Of a stretch of DNA of 64,000 bases, positions 57,998-64,000 are shown piece by piece. The DNA comes from Candidatus Heimdallarchaeota archaeon (GTDB lineage Archaea > Asgardarchaeota > Heimdallarchaeia > Hodarchaeales > Hodarchaeaceae): positions 32,001 to 96,000 of the forward strand of contig JBHLSH010000001.1 of assembly GCA_048881705.1 (NCBI GenBank), read 5' to 3'. The notes beneath the pieces were generated by a model that saw only the letters and a list, made by a program, of their open reading frames with translations, made no database searches and was not told the origin of the DNA. Each line of letters starts with the position of its first letter. Position 1 is the first letter of the stretch. The position numbers and the translations under genes were made by a program.

Positions 57998-58957
57998 GTG
58001 AAAAGCTCTTTTCCAGAAACAGAAGAATTTAAGGCCCTTAAAGACACGATGGCGCGGATCAAGAACCTAACCATTCAGGGGGCCACGAATGTTGCGATTT
58101 ATGGGGTACAAGCATTTGCTCGGCATGCAAGTACGGTTCCTCTGGATGGAAAAGAACTTTTTGATCATTTGGAATCAGTTATACAACACCTTGGCAGTGT
58201 AAGAGTGACCGAACCTGGACTGAAAAATGGATTAAGGTATGTTATGACGGGAGTTTATACCGATGGCAAGGATGAGGCCATTCAATATGGAGAACATTAT
58301 ATTGGGCTAATTGAGTCTGCCAAGCAAAAGATATTCAAATTTGGGGCCGAGCGAATTCGTGATAACTCCGTTGTTTTCACCCACTGCCATAGTTCTATTA
58401 CTGTTGGGATTTTTTTGGAAGCGGCAAAGCAAGGGAAGGACTTCGAAGTCATTACCACCGAAACTCGGCCACTATATCAAGGCCGAAAAACTGCGCGAAT
58501 ACTCCTTCAAAACAACATCCACGTTACCCACATCGTTGATTCAGCAATGCGATGGGCCATGAACCGATATAATCCCCACATGGTTTTTCTTGGGGCAGAT
58601 GCAATCACAGTGGAAGGAGTGGCCCTAAACAAGATTGGTTCACGTCTTTGCTCATTGGCTGCAAGAGAAGAACATATCCCTCTCTATATTTGTACTTCGC
58701 TGTTAAAATATGACCAAACTACTAGCATCGGGCGTTTGAGCGAAATTGAGATGAGATCTCCCTTCGAAATATGGAAAGAAGATGCACCGGCTGGAATTAA
58801 GATTAAAAATCCTGCTTTTGAGACCATAGACCGTGGCCACATCGCAGCCTATATGACAGAGGTAGGATTGATACCTCCACAAACAGTTTCTCTCTTCTTT
58901 GACCGGATCTACGGGGATAAGATCAAAGATTATGAGCATTTAATACATCCGAATTAG
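57998..58957 (+). CDS. Ribose-1,5-bisphosphate isomerase (eIF2B/IF-2B family)
   Basis: IQGATNVA, THCHS (catalytic Cys position), TETRP, GADA, NKIGS. Confidence 0.85.
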   Translation: MKSSFPETEEFKALKDTMARIKNLTIQGATNVAIYGVQAFARHASTVPLDGKELFDHLESVIQHLGSVRVTEPGLKNGLRYVMTGVYTDGKDEAIQYGEHYIGLIESAKQKIFKFGAERIRDNSVVFTHCHSSITVGIFLEAAKQGKDFEVITTETRPLYQGRKTARILLQNNIHVTHIVDSAMRWAMNRYNPHMVFLGADAITVEGVALNKIGSRLCSLAAREEHIPLYICTSLLKYDQTTSIGRLSEIEMRSPFEIWKEDAPAGIKIKNPAFETIDRGHIAAYMTEVGLIPPQTVSLFFDRIYGDKIKDYEHLIHPN

Positions 58958-58980
58958 ATTCCATTTCTTCTAGATGTGGG

Positions 58981-59343
58981 TCATCTAATGTCGGGGCCGT
59001 CCCCAATATAATAAGCATCATCCTCAATAAATCCAACCTTTTCGAGCTCCTCCCGTACAGTACCCAAGATGAGAACAATCTCGGAATCGTCATCTTTGAA
59101 GGGCCAAATCGTAAATCCAATAATTATCTCTGCAAAATGACTTTCCTCATCAAATTGCTCCAGCTCTACCACGAATGCTCTTGCAGTTCCCGCAAATTCT
59201 TGCGTAGAGTTTTGTGCAACTTCAATAAGGTTAGCGTCAACTTCCTCAAAAGTTAAATCCTCGTCTCCCTCTCGAAATAGCCCAGAAAACACGTAATAGC
59301 GTGTCACAGCCGCTGTTACTGATGGTCGGTAAACCATTTGCAT
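58981..59343 (-). CDS. Acidic hypothetical protein
   Basis: 120-aa protein-like ORF co-oriented with nre/endoQ. Confidence 0.7.
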   Translation of the reverse strand: MQMVYRPSVTAAVTRYYVFSGLFREGDEDLTFEEVDANLIEVAQNSTQEFAGTARAFVVELEQFDEESHFAEIIIGFTIWPFKDDDSEIVLILGTVREELEKVGFIEDDAYYIGDGPDIR

Positions 59344-59420
59344 CTGCCTTATGTCTGCTACGTTTTCAGATCATCTTAAAATTTGTTACAACTTGGAACG
59401 TAAAAGACCTTGATGATAGT

Positions 59421-60689
59421 TTATTGGAACTTGGAAGAGTTGAAGAAGTCCGTCAGACGTTTTTGACGTAACAATGGACTTTGACGCGCATAACGATGCA
59501 TAGGAATTGTCAAATGGCTCTCAATGTACCGCAAAGCCGCTCTCAAACCTTCAAAACGATCAGGCACATTTTTTAATGCTGTTCTCATATTCTCTCGAAC
59601 CTGCCAAACGCCTAAAGGGATTGCATATCCAGATCCAACTTCTCGAAAAACTATCACTGACGCAATACGCCGTATTTGCCTTAATTTTTCCAAAACCGCT
59701 AGACGTGCTGCATAGTACCCTCCTACTGTATTAATAGCGTATGTTGTGCGTCCCTTGGGTCCTTCGGTATCAGATAGAATTTGAGGCATCGATCCAGTTA
59801 AATTCCATGCACTTTTCTGTTTCCATGTCTCATGGTAGTCAAAAAACCAAGCATCACGCGGTATGAAAAGAACCCAAAAATCGTTATCCAAATATGTATT
59901 ATGATAGACCAAATAGTCTTGAACTGGGGGATGGTCTTTGATTTGTTTCCTCAGATCATTACCAACCATATCGTCAACAGCTGTAATGCTCCAACGTGTC
60001 GGTACTAGACGTCTTTGCCTATTTAGTCCAAGAAGGCCTGCAGAAAGAATACGTGTAATCTGGGTAACAGTAGTTTGTGCTTTATATAGTTCATTGACGG
60101 CAGAAAATGCTATTAGGTCTGAATCCTGGACAATACGATCTACCTTGTGTTCAATCTTTGGGGTTGACGCCAATTGCAAAGTGTCTATCTGAACACGGGC
60201 ACCCATAGGTTGGATATTTCTAGTGAAGGTTAAATCTATCTTTGGTTTTTTCATAAATTTAATTTCTAAATCCACTGGGGACGAAGCTTGTACTTGTTCT
60301 TGAGTTAACTCCAACAATTTTGGGGGAGAGGTGACATCAGTAACTTTGTGAGGTTCTGTTCCCATAAAACGTAATAATTTTGCTCGAAAGTTCAGAACCT
60401 CCGCCATTGTAACACTAGTTCCCCATTGGTCAGGTTCATCAATGATCTGAATGTTATCGTGATCCAACGCCGCCATTGGCCCGACAAATACTTTAGGATA
60501 ACCAAATCGTCCGACAAATAAACTAGGAGGACTAGGGCCATAATATTCATTTTTCATCTCAGGTAACATTTTTTTTACTGGCGATAGGGCCTTAATCTTT
60601 AAGACAATGGGACAATAAGTTAATCCGCATAGTAATTTCCCTCCCTTACAACGTAAACATTCCTGGTCACTTGCAGGTACTGCAACCAT
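59421..60689 (-). CDS. nreA: Nre family archaeal DNA repair protein
   Basis: CLRCKGGKLLCG..CP, GPSPPSLFVG..YP, RRLVPTRWSITAVDD, GGYYAARL, C-terminal PIP box QKRLTDFF. Confidence 0.93.
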   Translation of the reverse strand: MVAVPASDQECLRCKGGKLLCGLTYCPIVLKIKALSPVKKMLPEMKNEYYGPSPPSLFVGRFGYPKVFVGPMAALDHDNIQIIDEPDQWGTSVTMAEVLNFRAKLLRFMGTEPHKVTDVTSPPKLLELTQEQVQASSPVDLEIKFMKKPKIDLTFTRNIQPMGARVQIDTLQLASTPKIEHKVDRIVQDSDLIAFSAVNELYKAQTTVTQITRILSAGLLGLNRQRRLVPTRWSITAVDDMVGNDLRKQIKDHPPVQDYLVYHNTYLDNDFWVLFIPRDAWFFDYHETWKQKSAWNLTGSMPQILSDTEGPKGRTTYAINTVGGYYAARLAVLEKLRQIRRIASVIVFREVGSGYAIPLGVWQVRENMRTALKNVPDRFEGLRAALRYIESHLTIPMHRYARQSPLLRQKRLTDFFNSSKFQ

Positions 60690-60707
60690 GTTATTCGCCT
60701 ATATCCT

Positions 60708-62099
60708 CTAGTGCGGCAACGTGGATTGTAGGGGATTGGAAGAATTGACTACGTTGACATCGCGATAATTGCCTTTATTACCAATTTGGAGAGTACCATA
60801 GACTCCATCAAAACCATATGGAACGAATGTAAAATTTCCTCTTTTTACCTCAAGAATCGCATCCAGTAGAGATGATGAGATCTGATTTTCTATGTTTTTT
60901 AGTAGTCCCTGAACTTCCGCAGTAGCAAGAGTCCAAAGATTACGCTCAGGTCCAATATGGTCGACGATTTTACGATATATCTCAATAATCGATTTGGCTG
61001 TTTTTGTTTTCAAACCGAGGACATGTGCAATAATCTCAACAAGTGGCACCATTCGAATGAACTTCTGGGTAGGAATTACGCTAGTTAAATCCCTTTCTTC
61101 ACCCTGAACTTTGCCTATTTCAGTGCACCTTTGATAAACTCCGATGGTGAGCGCCTTATGGCATATCGGACAAATATCGTTTTGGGGCGCATATTGGGGG
61201 GAAAAACAGCACCATTCATCCTTTCCGTGAAAGCCAGGCTTCTTTCTTCCGCTCCGGTGACCAGTCAAGAAAAATCTCCCTTCTTCGGGAGGAAATTCTG
61301 CCGTGTAAATGATGTTTTTATTGCGCAATGAATGGATTAAATGTCTGTAATCTTTTTTTCCCGAGGATACGATGGTATATTCACGACCCATTCGATGCAG
61401 GGCTCCAGAATGGGCATCAGAGCTCGAAATGAAAACACGATCATCAAGCTCGGGAATTAATCCCAGAAAGTTTGGATCCGCTGACAGGCCAGTTTCAAAT
61501 ATCTGTAAGCGCGACGTAACCGAGCCAAAGAAATCAGATAAATGGTTAACACGAATATTTGAACCGAAAATCCCTTGAGGGGTCATAATGTGTGCTGGAA
61601 TAGCTTCCACTAATGGATTTATGTCTAGAATGGCATGTATTCGCGTTGCTACATCCCGAATCGATCCGCACTTGATGAACGGACGGGCCATCTTCTGGTA
61701 TTTAACCCCCCATTCTTTAAGAAATTGATTTAAGACTTCAACACAAGAAAAATCGGGAAACAGAAAAACCATATGGACTATTTTGGATCTACGCCCAATT
61801 GGGGCGGTAAAAATGAGCTCAGTTTGGAGTATAAAGCGAGTTTTATCATTCTCATTGAGGTAGAAAAAACCTGGTTGATCTTCTGTCATCGCCTTCTTAA
61901 GGATCTCATTCCAAAAAGAAAACTGACAATCTCCTGTTCCGATTATATCGATCCCTTTGAGCGGCATGGTTTGCGTAATATTCTTTAGCTGGGAAAGAGC
62001 CTTTTTTTTATTAGTTTGAATTCTTTCTGGAGTAAGTTTCAATGAATGTGTACCCCCTGCAAAAATCGAGTGCGCATGAAGATCGACAGCTAGATCCAA
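60708..62099 (-). CDS. Endonuclease Q family (PHP domain plus Zn ribbon)
   Basis: DLHAHS, HIMTP, ETGLSADP, SSDAHS, GRE, GH...C...CPIC..LTIGV. Confidence 0.9.
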   Translation of the reverse strand: MDLAVDLHAHSIFAGGTHSLKLTPERIQTNKKKALSQLKNITQTMPLKGIDIIGTGDCQFSFWNEILKKAMTEDQPGFFYLNENDKTRFILQTELIFTAPIGRRSKIVHMVFLFPDFSCVEVLNQFLKEWGVKYQKMARPFIKCGSIRDVATRIHAILDINPLVEAIPAHIMTPQGIFGSNIRVNHLSDFFGSVTSRLQIFETGLSADPNFLGLIPELDDRVFISSSDAHSGALHRMGREYTIVSSGKKDYRHLIHSLRNKNIIYTAEFPPEEGRFFLTGHRSGRKKPGFHGKDEWCCFSPQYAPQNDICPICHKALTIGVYQRCTEIGKVQGEERDLTSVIPTQKFIRMVPLVEIIAHVLGLKTKTAKSIIEIYRKIVDHIGPERNLWTLATAEVQGLLKNIENQISSSLLDAILEVKRGNFTFVPYGFDGVYGTLQIGNKGNYRDVNVVNSSNPLQSTLPH

Positions 62100-62136
62100 G
62101 AAAATTCCTCAGTTTATCATCCGTTTATCGAGAGTA

Positions 62137-63429
62137 TTAGCTTTCTGAAGTTATTTTCGTTTCAAGGAGCTGTTCACTTACCAACTTCAGCAGTCCCACT
62201 CCACGAGAGGAGTCACCCACAAGAAAAAGACTAGTACTCTTTTCACTATTTTGGGCCACACGCAATACGAGGCTATTCATGATATGTTGTGATAGAACCA
62301 GTTGTCTTAGAGCATCCTTGGATAGTATTCGAGCTACATTATGTATTAGGGAAAACATTTGGCAAACTAAAGCATGTCTATGAGCGCCGTTAGGAGTAGT
62401 TGTCCGCAGCATATCTAATGTTCGGCGTTCGCAGGCACATCTTATTAAAGACACTTCCGTAATGATAGGATGAAAACTTTTTAGAACCTCAACAGCCTTA
62501 TCCAAGAATGGGTCATTGGGAAACAGTTCGGAAGCATCTCGAAACTGGATCCGAAAACGTGGGAAAATGGTGCTTGGAACCATGGAACTTTGGAGGTTTA
62601 AATCCCAGATTATTTCCCGAAAGACGCGGAAAAGACTCCCGAGTCGACCCTTACCTGAACTAAACGCTAAAATAAAGGTATTTTCGACTGCCAGTAAGTA
62701 AAACTGTTGCTGATTTAAAGTATTAGCATGAATTTCGAGGGGGATTGTATCGAAAAACGTTCCAGAAGTCTTTATCTCCTCACCCCAATCACGTAGAAGT
62801 GAAGAAATTTGACTGACCAAGGATATGATCTCAGGAGATAGTGAAACATTGTGAAATGCTCGGATAGTCCCATTTGATACAATAACAGTTTTTTCTTTCT
62901 CTGTCAATACCTCGGAAATCCGATCTTGTGTGATATTATCTATTTGTGTTAGAATAACCTTTTTTATATTATTGAACACCTTTTCTAAAGGGTATGCGGT
63001 TTTATTACCGTTTTCGTGTGTCTTAATATCCCGAATCGCTTCTTGAAGGATATTTGAAAACGATAGTGAGTGTTGAAGGAGCTTATCTTGATGAATTCGA
63101 GGAACAAACAACATAAGACTTTCAATTCGATTTTTTCCACGTACGCTGGGATCAGGTAATGAAAATGAGTGAATCAAAACCCTTCCTTGGATTCCAGTCA
63201 CGTTAATCGGGATTATTGCCGTGTCAGGCTCACCAGTAGGCTCTCCAACGCCTATTGCCATTGTAAACAATGTGGTGGTGACTCCTTGCAGAATAATGCG
63301 GGGAATTTCGAGACGATGAGCAAGATATGACTTTAAACTAGGTCCCGCTTCTTCATCAAAAACAATGTGTGCAAGGAAGAATTCTGTTTCTTCTGTTTTT
63401 TCAGGTTCGGCGTTTAATCTGATCCCCAA
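62137..63429 (-). CDS. uDENN/longin-like domain plus roadblock-like domains
   Basis: FDEEAGP and DPSVRGKNR motifs as in uDENN domains, followed by two small beta/alpha modules; TTG start. Confidence 0.65.
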   Translation of the reverse strand: MGIRLNAEPEKTEETEFFLAHIVFDEEAGPSLKSYLAHRLEIPRIILQGVTTTLFTMAIGVGEPTGEPDTAIIPINVTGIQGRVLIHSFSLPDPSVRGKNRIESLMLFVPRIHQDKLLQHSLSFSNILQEAIRDIKTHENGNKTAYPLEKVFNNIKKVILTQIDNITQDRISEVLTEKEKTVIVSNGTIRAFHNVSLSPEIISLVSQISSLLRDWGEEIKTSGTFFDTIPLEIHANTLNQQQFYLLAVENTFILAFSSGKGRLGSLFRVFREIIWDLNLQSSMVPSTIFPRFRIQFRDASELFPNDPFLDKAVEVLKSFHPIITEVSLIRCACERRTLDMLRTTTPNGAHRHALVCQMFSLIHNVARILSKDALRQLVLSQHIMNSLVLRVAQNSEKSTSLFLVGDSSRGVGLLKLVSEQLLETKITSES

Positions 63430-63536
63430 ATGAATAACCCGGGTTGATATTATAATGCAATCTAATATCTATGAAAAGAACTCTTCACAGCCCCGTTCAT
63501 AAATTTGACGAAACAGGGGGAGTCCAAGTATTTGCA

Positions 63537-63842
63537 CTAGGACTCTGGGTCTATCAACTTTATTTTTTCAATTAACTCCTCCCACTCTTTTTCCTTCTTG
63601 GTTTTTTTTGAAGAAACTAATTTGTCCTTTATACCTAAGACATCTAAGGCCCACTGCCGTTCTTTCTCACGTTTCTGTTTCCCCTTTTTTTGACGATGTT
63701 CCGCCGCCTCTATCCACGTAGGAAGGGCGTCTTCCTGGACTCCGCAGCTTGTGCAGACATAGATCGTCTCCTCCTTATTCCAATGGAGGGTGCCATCCTT
63801 ACATTCCCGACAAGGAATTCGTGAATCACGCATGATTTTCAC
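63537..63842 (-). CDS. TFIIB-type zinc-ribbon protein with basic C-terminus
   Basis: CRECKDG...YVCTSCG, followed by K/E-rich helices. Confidence 0.8.
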   Translation of the reverse strand: MKIMRDSRIPCRECKDGTLHWNKEETIYVCTSCGVQEDALPTWIEAAEHRQKKGKQKREKERQWALDVLGIKDKLVSSKKTKKEKEWEELIEKIKLIDPES

Positions 63843-64000
63843 TTTCCTATGACATTTCGAGAATCTTATCGATCTTATCCTGAGAGATATGGAGAGATGA
63901 TAGTGAAAACAAGGGCCGACTTTTCGGGTACTGGTGCTCTTCCAAGATCTGGAGTATTAAGTTCACGCCTGGACCGATAACCAGTTTTAGTAATTCCATA

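Noticed and set aside
57998-58957. Translation factor eIF2B subunit
   Set aside because: The THCHS motif with Cys and the GAD motif fit ribose-1,5-bisphosphate isomerase better. AMP phosphorylase and RuBisCO genes are not in this window, so the pathway is unconfirmed.
58957-58983. Selenocysteine readthrough at the TGA ending the 120-aa acidic ORF
   Set aside because: Only 8 codons follow before TAA, there is no redox motif, and the extension would run into the convergent gene's end.
1-64000. Genome-wide stop-codon reassignment (TGA or TAG)
   Set aside because: TGA, TAG and TAA all terminate well-conserved genes at expected lengths (valS TGA, mscS TAG, corA TAA), and ATGA overlaps use TGA as a stop.
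1-64000. CRISPR arrays, IS elements, integrases, rRNA and tRNA genes
   Set aside because: No regularly spaced repeats, terminal inverted repeats, transposase or recombinase motifs, or cloverleaf structures were recognised by eye.

Overview
Archaeal chromosomal segment of low GC content and high gene density. It is almost certainly from an Asgard archaeon, probably Heimdallarchaeia/Hodarchaeales-like; this is inferred from gene content, not from a search. Supporting genes: a tailed histone, PriL-PriS primase, Hef, CDC48, a PAC2/Pba chaperone ending in HbYX, EndoQ and Nre. Eukaryotic-signature-like genes include an Arf-like GTPase fused to a longin/roadblock domain, longin and uDENN-like proteins, and a membrane-anchored RING protein. 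The first 8 kb is an ion/osmotic homeostasis cluster (3 MscS-like channels, MFS, NhaA, CorA). I found no rRNA, tRNA, CRISPR array, integrase or transposase. Two multi-gene modules are not explained by any system I recognise. (1) 45.5-51.6 kb: a tightly packed minus-strand operon encoding a 1185-aa helical-repeat rod, a divergent tubulin/FtsZ-superfamily GTPase (CetZ/tubulin-like motifs) and a 358-aa protein with one hydrophobic segment. This is my best candidate for an undescribed cytoskeletal or membrane-remodelling system. (2) 34.4-37.3 kb: two translationally coupled AAA+/winged-helix ATPases plus an apparently inactive Mrr-like nuclease fold. Several intergenic spacers hide interrupted ORFs missed by the ORF track, including a 112-codon ORF with three in-frame TGA and an acidic mini-protein with an in-frame TAG. 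All family calls come from motif recognition by eye, without database searches.
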